Translations under genes and position numbers: made by a program
The notes under the pieces: model-generated
The model's input: the letters and a program-made list of their open reading frames with translations, nothing else
Database searches by the model: none
What the model was told of the DNA's origin: nothing
Part shown: positions 37,836 through 46,478 of the stretch, in pieces
How the letters are laid out: the number at the start of each line of letters is the position of its first letter
Numbering within the stretch: position 1 is the first letter of the stretch
Assembly (NCBI GenBank): GCA_945920825.1
Contig: CAMEKD010000001.1
Location: 1-53,618, forward strand
Source: an uncultured Anaeroplasma sp.
GTDB taxonomy: Bacteria; Bacillota_I; Bacilli_A; Acholeplasmatales; Anaeroplasmataceae
Direction: 5' to 3'
Length of the DNA: 53,618 nucleotides

Positions 37836-37915
37836 GGGCTGTTAAGAAACTAAAAATCTTAACAGCTTCTTTTTTTCGTCTATTTACGCCAATAACAACT
37901 ACGTTGTTAAGAAAC
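37834..37915 (+). repeat. GGGGCTGTTAAGAAAC hairpin repeat, copy 1 (also positioned to act as the MATE terminator)
   Basis: About 80 bp matching the reverse complement of 40864-40948, including the second box AATAACAACTAYGTTGTTAAGAAAC. Confidence 0.75.
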
Positions 37916-38108
37916 AACCCTCTATATTTCACTGCGGCAATATTAATTGAGACTATATGCTTACGAATAATTTTAGAACAAAAGACTACTTCATTGAAAA
38001 GTAGTCCGCGAATCCCCTAGGGGATTGTTATATTAATTAATAATTGTACAAAATAACTGTACCTTAATTGTTCATTTTTATATTGACTTTAATACTTCCA
38101 TATCATCA

Positions 38109-38441
38109 CCATAAATTGCACCTTTTTGCAATATCTTTTTATCCATAAATTGCACCTTTTTGCATTTATATCGCTTTTTGCACAAAAAACATAAGCAAAT
38201 TACCATAAAATTATATTAGTCCCCATAAAAATAGTCACCATGTAGTCAACGAGATGATAATCATTTTTATAAAAGATACACAAGATATTTCTATTAATTG
38301 CACGTTTTTACAATATAAAACATGTTATTAATTGCACGTTTTTTGATTTTTACAGATTAAGAAATACTTCCCATATTACTTTTTTCAACAATAAAAATGC
38401 AATAATTTAGACCACTTTTTAGACCACTTTTTAGACCACTT
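38109..38441. repeat. Cluster of short direct repeats
   Basis: CCATAAATTGCACCTTTTTGCA x2 (38109, 38143), TATTAATTGCACGTTTTT x2 (38292, 38326), TTTAGACCACTT x3 (~38406-38441). Confidence 0.8.
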
Positions 38442-38470
38442 GGCTATTTATGCTGAATTCAGCATAATTG

Positions 38471-38841
38471 GTAGAAAGATCTGTAAAACCTTTCGTAATC
38501 GCAAAAAAGAATTTCTTATTCTCTAAAACTGAAAATGGAGCACAAGCATCAGGCTTATTATTTTCAACAATCCAAACAGCCAAAGCAAATGGATTATGCA
38601 TAGAATATACCTAGAATATATTTTAAATAACATCGATAAAATTAAAATTGATGATATTTTACCATGGAGTGAAAAGCTTCCTAAAGAACTAAAATTGAAT
38701 TTGAAATAATAAAACAGAGACAAACTCGTATAAAATGTGGGTTTGTCTCTGTTTTTGTTTTATTGGAAGTTATGAAATCTCGCATTAAATGTGAGATTTT
38801 TTCACTTCGTAATCACCTGGAAATCTTTTATGGACACTTTC
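38471..38841 (+). mobile_element. IS66-family transposase (TnpC) 3' remnant
   Basis: VERSVKPFVIAKKNFLFSKTENGAQASGLLFSTIQTAKANGL, frameshift, then YLEYIL...ILPWSEKLP, stop at 38709. Followed by a hairpin and a possible decayed right IR near 38827-38841. Confidence 0.8.
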
Positions 38842-38877
38842 TATCTTAAATGTTATATCTTTTATATTACTCATATC

Positions 38878-40259
38878 TTACTTTATTACCTTCCAATAAC
38901 CGGTTTTGTTAGAACCAACTCTCTCAATAATACTATTTTTTCTTAGGAAAGCTATAATATTATCTATTGAAGTTTTTCCTAAATCACATTTTACCATCAA
39001 TTCTGGTTTAGTAATATTTGTGTTATTTCTTATCTCAGCTAACACTTTTATTTGAGAGATGTTAAGATTCATATCACCCATTTTATCACCCACTTTATCA
39101 CCCACTTTATTGATTCTATTAAATGGGATTGTGACTAATATAGTATCATCGGATATATCAATAGCGTCTTTTCCATACACTTCAATTATTTTAGGTATCC
39201 CTAACCTGTTTTTTCACTTATGTGTAATTGCAAAAATATTTCTGATAATTTTTCATTTACAGGAATTGAATGTCCTTTATAAAAACCATTAATTGTCTGA
39301 AGTGGGGCTAATTCCCCTCTAGATAATATTTCTATTCTATCATTATAAATAGCAATCATAGGTTCATTTAAACCAATCCATCTATTATGTAGGAATGCAT
39401 TTATTACTGCTTCTCTATAGACATCATAATCAAATAGCATGACTTCTTCACGTTCCATTATTCTATTATCTTCTTTGGTCTGTGGAACATTCAATATTTC
39501 TCCATAATTTAATACTTCATATAAAGAATACAATAAGCATTTATAACCAAATTCTTTTACAGAATACATTTTACTTGCTTTTGTTTTACCATCAAATATA
39601 GCGACTCTAATTGGCACATATGAATTATCGGATAGCAATTGAGCCATGATATTATATTTACCATCCTTAGTTAATAGATGAAGATTAGCTTTAAAATTAT
39701 TCTTATTTAAAGTTATTCCCTTAGATGAGTAATAGTTAAATAACTGATTAAATGTTAGATCTTGATATTCAGATTCCTTATTGGTAATTGTTGGAAGGCC
39801 AAATGTTAGAACAGAAAATAGGAAAGCTTCTCTTTGCGGATATTTTTTTAGATTTTCTTTGCTAGATCCTATTCTTATATATCTAATACCATCAAAATCA
39901 GTTGGGACTATCTTAGCTGCTGGTATAGTAAGAACTACAATTCTTTTTCCACCTACTATAGCTTCATCAAAATAAAAAGGAATACTGGGTGATATTTTCC
40001 TAGCTAAATAATGTTGAATAGGTTCTCCATTATTATCAGCATTATAATTAATAACAGTACCTGTAATATTATGCGATCTGTTGTCAATTCCCCAAATCAT
40101 ATAGGCATTAGGCTTACCTAATATAGCAGCACTATTTGAAAGGGCAGAAATATATTGACCCACATCATCAATAACAAACATATTTTCTTCATATTCTACC
40201 CATTCAAGTTCATCATCGTAACTTAAGCATTCATTTAAAATCTTATTTATATCATTCAT
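38878..40259 (-). pseudogene. AlbA_2/Schlafen-like domain plus HATPase_c_4 plus wHTH protein, split by a 1-nt frameshift near 39203
   Basis: ELEWVEYEEN, YISALSN, MIWGID, YIRIGSS, REAVINAFLH, EKTG, then GIPKII..YG, KVGD repeats and ERVGSNKTGYWKV. ATG 40259 follows GGTGA. Confidence 0.8.
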
Positions 40260-40602
40260 TTTTATCACCCACCATATTACGAATATATTACACAATACCA
40301 TGGGTGATAAAGCAATGATTATAAACACAGCATTTAATATATTTACGATTACTAAAAAGTACAATAGTATACCACTTACATAATTTATATATGGTGTCAT
40401 ACAATGTCGAGTGGACTCAAACTGAATCCATTTTTTATCCACCACCAAATGATTTTTAGTGTATAAAGGTGTATCCACCAAAATGATATCGAAGAATTGT
40501 AAAAACCGGACGAAATTGACGTTTTGTACAAAATATCGCGACAAACCGGATAATATGTAACGCCATAGACAAACAAAACGATATTTTTCAGGATTCATTT
40601 GA

Positions 40603-40645
40603 ATCCTAAGCTAGTGTCTTGCGTTCGAATCGATAGGGAACGCCA
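40603..40645 (+). other. Degenerate tRNA-Arg(CCT)-like 3' half, copy 1 (att-like scar)
   Basis: ATCCTAAGC...GTTCGAATCG...GGGAACGCCA. Near-identical to 42742-42784. Confidence 0.5.
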
Positions 40646-40961
40646 TAAAGATATTAAAAGGGGCTGTTAAGAAACCAAAAAGTTTCTAGGAGCTTTCTTT
40701 TGCATAAAATCATTGTTACAATAGAAAAATGTGTTTAATCTTGGCTTTTACTAACTATTTTAAAGTCTTCCTCTCAATAAAACCAAGCGGAGTTTCTTAA
40801 CAATGTGATTGTTAAGCTTTTTTACTAATAAAAATATACAAATTTAGAGCCATTTTTCACTAAGTTTCTTAACAACATAGTTGTTATTTCACAAAATATA
40901 TAGAAAAAGGGTTATTAAGAAATTGTTAGTTTCTTAACAGCCCCTTTTTAGTATTTATGGC
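40642..40961. mobile_element. MITE-like segment bounded by ~33-bp imperfect inverted repeats
   Basis: GCCATAAAGATATTAAAAGGGGCTGTTAAGAAAC (40642) versus the reverse complement of 40929-40961. Internal GTTTCTTAACAA boxes at ~40792 and ~40864. No ORF. Confidence 0.45.
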
Positions 40962-41110
40962 CTTTTGATTTCATATAATTTAAAACTTCAAAATATTCTT
41001 TTAAAGTTTTAAATCAAAGTAATTTCATTTTCTTCATTTGAATGCCTTGAACAAGAGGCTACAGCATATATTTTACATCCTTCTAGAGCCGTTTTTTTAA
41101 TATTATAAGA

Positions 41111-42469
41111 TCAAAGAACTGAAGCCATATAGTATGGCAAATAGATAATTTCTTCTTCTCTTTTTATATCTCCATCATATAAAACATATTGTAACCCAAC
41201 TTTGCTACTAAAACATTTTTTAAATTGCTTTAGCGAAGACAAAGAATACGCCTTAGATGATTTTACTTCAATAGGTATTAATTTATTATCGCGCCTAATT
41301 AAAAAATCTATTTCCATAATAGTTTGTTTCTTTTCTTTATCTGTTTTTTTATAATAATATATGTTGTCCCCATTTTTTCTTAATTCTTGGGCAGTAATAT
41401 TTTCTATTATCATTCCCTCGTTAACATGTAATCTATCTAATAATATTGCCTTGTACAATTCATTGTTTAAATAATCTTGATTCTTATATGCTAATGATAT
41501 TAATAGGCCAGTATCACCCATATAACATTTAAATGCTGGATCAATAGTTGAAAGATTGAATGCAGCACTTGGATCACTAACATTTTCAGCAACATTAACT
41601 GTCATTGACTCAATTAACCAGTTGATAGGACCTTTATATTCTCTTAGTCTGGCATTCGTATCAACATGCGACAAATTATATCTCTTATCATGCTTTGATA
41701 ATTCAGATGGAATATGCCAAAAAACATTTTTGACATATTCTGGGTTTTCTTCTTCTTGTTCATCTATATCTGATTCATATAGATTTAATATTCCTTGTTT
41801 AACGAAATCAACCTCACCATAATCAGAAGTTTTTATATACTTATAGACAGCCTGAGGCATACCACCCACTAGCATATATTCTCTATATGCTCTCATTAAT
41901 GATCTATGAGCAGTTCCTATCGGTTTTAATTTATTATAATGGTCTTTTATTAATTCATAAGAAAACGAATCACCTTTTGCCCATAAAAATTCTTCAAAAT
42001 CCATAGGATATATGTTTAATGCATATTCCTCTGAGGGAATTAGTATTTTCTTAGATTTTTTCTTTATTGTTGCAAGAGACCCGGTTTCAATGTAATCATA
42101 TCTCTTATCTTCTAAAAGAGTTTTTAAGGCTTGTCTAGCTAAAGGAAATAATTGGATTTCATCTAAAATTATTAACGATTCTCTCTCGTATAATTTTTTC
42201 TTATAAAAAACTTGTAAGGTATTAAATAGATTATCTAAATCTTCCAACGAATTGACAAAAAGATTTTTTATTTCATCTGGAGCCTTATCAAATCTTATTA
42301 ATATATATGATTTGTATTTTTCTTTTCCTATCTTTTCTGCGAGTGTTGATTTACCAACACGTCTTGCTCCCTTCAAAAATAAAGCATAATCAGGTGCTCT
42401 TTTTTCTTTCCATTCTAGTATTTTATCATATGCTTTTCTTTTAAATTCAATATCTAATTGCTCATCCAT
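41111..42469 (-). CDS. AAA_14 ATPase with DUF4143 and C-terminal PD-(D/E)XK-like domain
   Basis: FKRKAY, GARRVGKST, ILDEIQ, ETGS, YPMDFEEF, VGGMP, YMGDTG, EIDF..IPIEVKS. ATG 42469 follows GAGGAG. Confidence 0.88.
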   Translation of the reverse strand: MDEQLDIEFKRKAYDKILEWKEKRAPDYALFLKGARRVGKSTLAEKIGKEKYKSYILIRFDKAPDEIKNLFVNSLEDLDNLFNTLQVFYKKKLYERESLIILDEIQLFPLARQALKTLLEDKRYDYIETGSLATIKKKSKKILIPSEEYALNIYPMDFEEFLWAKGDSFSYELIKDHYNKLKPIGTAHRSLMRAYREYMLVGGMPQAVYKYIKTSDYGEVDFVKQGILNLYESDIDEQEEENPEYVKNVFWHIPSELSKHDKRYNLSHVDTNARLREYKGPINWLIESMTVNVAENVSDPSAAFNLSTIDPAFKCYMGDTGLLISLAYKNQDYLNNELYKAILLDRLHVNEGMIIENITAQELRKNGDNIYYYKKTDKEKKQTIMEIDFLIRRDNKLIPIEVKSSKAYSLSSLKQFKKCFSSKVGLQYVLYDGDIKREEEIIYLPYYMASVL

Positions 42470-42480
42470 AACAACTCCTC

Positions 42481-42558
42481 CACATTTGCGAACCTTTTTC
42501 AAACTTATTTTATCACATTTGCGAACTTTTTTCAAACTCATTTTATCACATTTGCGAA
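42481..42558. repeat. 33-bp-period tandem repeat upstream of the DUF4143 ATPase
   Basis: CACATTTGCGAA starts at 42481, 42514 and 42547, with near-identical spacers. Confidence 0.85.
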
Positions 42559-42736
42559 AACAATTTAATTGATATATTTTTTCCATAAAGTTGGAGTTCC
42601 ACTTACTACACCCATTTTCAAACAAATTTTCCACTAATTTTCCACCAAAATGAAATAAAAGATATGGACGTTATACAAAAAGCTATATAATTTGTGGAAG
42701 ACATTTGGCACTATAAAAGCTATTTTATCATTTTTT

Positions 42737-42784
42737 CTTGCATCCTAAGCGAGTGTCATTCGTTCGAAACGATAGGGAACGCCA
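42737..42784 (+). other. Degenerate tRNA-Arg(CCT)-like 3' half, copy 2 (att-like scar)
   Basis: Anticodon arm CTTGC-ATCCTAA-GCGAG pairs fully (one G-U). GTTCGAAA T-loop and a GCCA end. No 5' half. Confidence 0.55.
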
Positions 42785-42796
42785 TAAAGATATTAA

Positions 42797-42838
42797 AAGG
42801 GGCTGTTAAGAAACTAAAAATCTAACAGCCCCTTCTTT
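42797..42838. terminator. GGGGCTGTTAAGAAAC hairpin repeat copy, positioned as terminator of the XRE-like gene
   Basis: AAGGGGCTGTTA...TAACAGCCCCTT stem. Confidence 0.65.
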
Positions 42839-43617
42839 TACTTCTTTATTTCTTCCTTACATAGCTTTTCTAACAATTTTGTTGCCACAAAATCATCCTG
42901 GAAAACTAATTTACCTTGATTATCAATCTTATATGCCTTTTGTACACAAGCACCCTTTTGAATTAATTTTAAGATTAGTTCTGGATTCCATTTTCTAGTA
43001 CCATTAGAAATCTCAAGCAAGATCTTTCTTGCGTTCACAGGCGCATCCTCTAGTAGAGCATATTCTGCAAAGCCATCATCTGTTAAAACATCCGATACAT
43101 AAAGCTTTCCTGCAGCCTTCTTTAAATTATCCCATGTGGTAATTAAATTCTCATTTGCTTCCTTAAATGGAGATTCCTTATATCCACCTAGTGGTGTATA
43201 GCTGGATTTGGATAATACCTCAATATATTTATAATTATTAATAGCTAATACCTGATACGTATTTAATATTTTTTTGCCCTTATCAAAGGCAGATATCATT
43301 GCCTTTGATGGCCTGATATCATTTTCAAGTAGATATTCTTCATATTCGATTAGGGCAATCTCTTGATTGTCCTTAGCCTTTTTCTTTTCGTATAGGAATT
43401 CTAATCTTCTATCTGCAATCATAGTAGGCTTACCTGTCATGACATAATCCATAGATACACCAAATCTTTTACAAATGGCATATACACCCTCGGCATTAGG
43501 CTTTAGTGTACCCTTTTTAATTTGCTTAAGCTCAGCCTCACTACAGTGAAATAATTCCATTGCTTCCTTGTCTTTTAAATTAGCACCTTCTATAATTCTT
43601 ACAAAAACATTCTCCAT
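42838..43617 (-). CDS. Protein with N-terminal XRE/Cro-like helix-turn-helix
   Basis: KEAMELFHCSEAELKQIKKG..KP...ICKRFGVSMDYVMTG. Confidence 0.6.
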   Translation of the reverse strand: MENVFVRIIEGANLKDKEAMELFHCSEAELKQIKKGTLKPNAEGVYAICKRFGVSMDYVMTGKPTMIADRRLEFLYEKKKAKDNQEIALIEYEEYLLENDIRPSKAMISAFDKGKKILNTYQVLAINNYKYIEVLSKSSYTPLGGYKESPFKEANENLITTWDNLKKAAGKLYVSDVLTDDGFAEYALLEDAPVNARKILLEISNGTRKWNPELILKLIQKGACVQKAYKIDNQGKLVFQDDFVATKLLEKLCKEEIKK

Positions 43618-43627
43618 TTCTTATACC

Positions 43628-43860
43628 TCATTCTTTTTTTAAATTCTTTACAAGTTCAAGTCTTAGCAAAGGCTTAGAAAAACAATATCCTTAAATTCAT
43701 AGCGCATTCGTAAGTGAATTTAATTGCTCCTTAGTTTCTACACCCTCTTGAATAATATTATGAACAATTTTTATAAAAGCTTTAATGGTTAGTTCTATCA
43801 ATTGTCTCGTATGGAAATCTGTAATAGATTTCCATAGGATTGATGCATAAAGCTAACTCC
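43628..43860 (-). pseudogene. EAL-domain (c-di-GMP phosphodiesterase) C-terminal remnant
   Basis: Fragments in shifting frames: FPYETIDR, IIQEGVETKEQL and GYCFSKPL, ending TGA at 43628. Confidence 0.65.
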
Positions 43861-43965
43861 TTTAAATCATTTTAGCATACTACAAACTTTTCTTCTATTC
43901 CTTTTAAAGAAAAAATAAACACAAAATTGAAATATGTACCCTACTTCATTTTGTGTTTATCCTAA

Positions 43966-44424
43966 TTAGCTTGTTAAATGATTACTTCCACCACTATAGA
44001 AGGAATATAGCTCTCTTACATCATTATAATCCTCTATAGTAAATCCTGTACCCGACTTAGAGGATTTGGTGTATTCAAACATCTTAAGCTCATTACCAAA
44101 CCTTTCTACAGTGTAGAATTTATTCTCATTTAAAACCTTCATCATCACTATAATTTTAGCATCACTATCCTTTATGCAATCTGGAAGCTCAATATATAAG
44201 AATGCACCAAAGGAATCCTTATAGCTTTTCATATATAGGCTTCTATAGGCTTCTGATATTGTAATTTTAGATAGGAAGGCTATAGCGTCAAAGGTTTTAT
44301 CTAAAAATAGCCTCGCGGTATCCTCATCTTCGATGATATTCGAAGGTATTTCACCACATGTCCAAAGCTTGCTTAATAATGTGTAAAAACAAGCATTAAA
44401 GGTTGCCCCAGGAACGTTTTGCAT
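43966..44424 (-). CDS. Hypothetical protein
   Basis: 152-aa ORF coupled to the upstream gene (TAATG). Hairpin terminator at ~43915-43960. Confidence 0.6.
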   Translation of the reverse strand: MQNVPGATFNACFYTLLSKLWTCGEIPSNIIEDEDTARLFLDKTFDAIAFLSKITISEAYRSLYMKSYKDSFGAFLYIELPDCIKDSDAKIIVMMKVLNENKFYTVERFGNELKMFEYTKSSKSGTGFTIEDYNDVRELYSFYSGGSNHLTS

Positions 44425-44939
44425 TATTTTAGTGCCTCACGCATGAATTTTTGTTTAATTTGATCATATTCGTCAAAGGATATTGCACCCTTATCGTATA
44501 ATTCCTTTGCCTTAAGTAGCTTATCTGCACTAGAAATAAAATCACATGCTTCTGTTTCAACAGGAGCATCACTAAATTCTGCATCAACTACATTACTATC
44601 ATCCTTAGTTAAATACTCTTCAATAATATGATTCATTTTTGTTGCATGATTTAAATCCGATGCACTACCAATGAATCCATATTCTGTAGCTAGCTGAATG
44701 GTTCTTTCGTCTACTTGTGTAAATATAATTTGAAATCTAGCAAAGGATGTTGTACGGAAAAGACCAGTATTTTCTACAACCATATCCTTATATGCAAAAT
44801 TAATTAAAAATTTATTGTTTTCAATATATTCGCATCTTCTTATATCAAATACTCCATCCATTTTTTGTACTTTATCCATTAATTGCTTAAAGTTGTTCTT
44901 TACGTTTAATTGAATTTGTTTTGTTACAACCTGTCCCAT
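44424..44939 (-). CDS. SHOCT-domain protein
   Basis: C-terminal ADKLLKAKELYDKGAISFDEYDQIKQK. GGAGG RBS. Confidence 0.7.
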   Translation of the reverse strand: MGQVVTKQIQLNVKNNFKQLMDKVQKMDGVFDIRRCEYIENNKFLINFAYKDMVVENTGLFRTTSFARFQIIFTQVDERTIQLATEYGFIGSASDLNHATKMNHIIEEYLTKDDSNVVDAEFSDAPVETEACDFISSADKLLKAKELYDKGAISFDEYDQIKQKFMREALK

Positions 44940-45031
44940 AATATTCCTCCAATTCCGTATTAAATTATATCATGACAGGAACAAAAATAAATTAGAATTC
45001 TCTTTTTTTGTAATTACTAGGCTTATTTTTT

Positions 45032-45079
45032 TTAATTTTTCTGTGAAAGCAGGCATACCGTCTCAACGGGAAATTTGAA
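45032..45079 (-). other. rlmD/rumA 3'-end-like fragment (FKFP-VETVCLLSQKN*), probable att scar
   Basis: GTTGAGACGGTATGCCTGCTTTCA encodes VETVCLLS, matching the RlmD/TrmA C-terminal HVETV motif. Sits at the compositional boundary. Confidence 0.55.
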
Positions 45080-45131
45080 ACACACGCAAAAAATAATCAC
45101 ATACTCTTAGTAAAACTACAAGAAGACCATA

Positions 45132-46478
45132 TTAGCGATATATATTAATTATGGAGTAAATTGACTCATTCATTTGAGATAATACAAATACTTTATCTTC
45201 GGATAAAATAACATCATTTCCATTTGGTATTATTACTTTATCATCTCTTAAAATCGCTCCAATAATAATTTCTTTTTTAATATTTTGTTCTTTCAAGGGT
45301 ATTCCTGAAAATTTGAAATTTGATGGAACATCAAAAATAAATGTTTTGAGCATTTCATTTGCAAAAGCATAATAATGACTTCCATCACCCTTTCTACTAA
45401 ATATTTTTTCTAAAATCTTTTGTGATATTATTGCGGATGTAGAAATTGTTAAGCAAAGCATTGTTTTCTTTAAGATTTTTTCATAAGAAGATGTTTTTAC
45501 AATTGATATGTTTTCTGCAACATCATAGCTCTTGGCAATGATTGCTGATAACAAATTCGTTTCGTCATTTCCTGTGGTGCACACAAATGCACTTTTATTT
45601 GATATATCTAGTTTCTCATAAACATCCACATCAGTAGAATCAGCACAAATAACATTAATTCCTTTATATGAATTTAATAAATAATCACATCTTTCAAAAT
45701 CTCTGTCAATCATAGTAATTTTGATTTTTTTATCATTGATTTGTCTTAGAATTTCCTCTCCTAATAGTCCTCCACCTATTATAAATAGAGATTTGATGGG
45801 ATTATGAAATAATTCTAATTTTTCAAACAAACTAACCATCAAGTCATTAGTAGTAAGAATACCAATATAATCTCCTGCATTTAACATAAAGTCTCCTTCA
45901 GGAACAATCAATTTATCATTTCTAATAACACCAATAATTAAAAAGTTAACATCTAACATTGGTTTTATATCTTTTAGCTTTTTCATATTAAAAAAACTGT
46001 CTTTTGTAACAACAAGCTCAGATAATACTAGGCGATTATCGAACAGAAACGAAACCTTTTTTGCAACATTATAAAAAATTTGTGATGCTATTTTTTGAGA
46101 AATAATATGATTTGGAACAATTACATAATCTATTCCAAATTTATTTTTTATGTATTCTCTATCATTGATTAATTCTTCTCGTTCGAGAATAGAAATGACA
46201 AATTTTGCTCCCATATTCTTAGACATCGATGAAGCTAATAAATTAACTTCATCAATAGGAGTTAAGCTAATTACATAATTTGAGCAGTCAACACCCGCTT
46301 GTTGTAGTACTTCGCGTGAAGCGCCACTGCCACAAATACCTGTAACATTATAATTGTCGGTAATATAATCAATTACTTTTTTATCCTTGTCTATTACAAC
46401 AATATCATGCTTTGACTTTTCAAAATAATTAATTAAATATTCTGCTACTCGACTTACTCCAATGATTACAATACGCAT
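45132..46478 (-). CDS. trkA: Trk K+ transport regulatory subunit (two RCK-N/RCK-C pairs)
   Basis: MRIVIIG, DEVNLL, IIGGGLLG, DETNLL, IIPNGND. Confidence 0.85.
   Translation of the reverse strand: MRIVIIGVSRVAEYLINYFEKSKHDIVVIDKDKKVIDYITDNYNVTGICGSGASREVLQQAGVDCSNYVISLTPIDEVNLLASSMSKNMGAKFVISILEREELINDREYIKNKFGIDYVIVPNHIISQKIASQIFYNVAKKVSFLFDNRLVLSELVVTKDSFFNMKKLKDIKPMLDVNFLIIGVIRNDKLIVPEGDFMLNAGDYIGILTTNDLMVSLFEKLELFHNPIKSLFIIGGGLLGEEILRQINDKKIKITMIDRDFERCDYLLNSYKGINVICADSTDVDVYEKLDISNKSAFVCTTGNDETNLLSAIIAKSYDVAENISIVKTSSYEKILKKTMLCLTISTSAIISQKILEKIFSRKGDGSHYYAFANEMLKTFIFDVPSNFKFSGIPLKEQNIKKEIIIGAILRDDKVIIPNGNDVILSEDKVFVLSQMNESIYSIINIYR

Noticed and set aside
38523-38723. 66-aa minus-strand ORF
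   Set aside because: Antisense shadow of the IS66 remnant.
40260-40598. N-terminal 113 aa of the 465-aa ORF
   Set aside because: Probably a chance open frame. Family similarity and the RBS begin at ATG 40259.
42481-42558. CRISPR array
   Set aside because: The spacers are near-identical, the period is only 33 bp, and there are no cas genes.
42737-42784. Functional tRNA-Arg gene
   Set aside because: No 5' acceptor strand or D-arm, and the T-stem is damaged.
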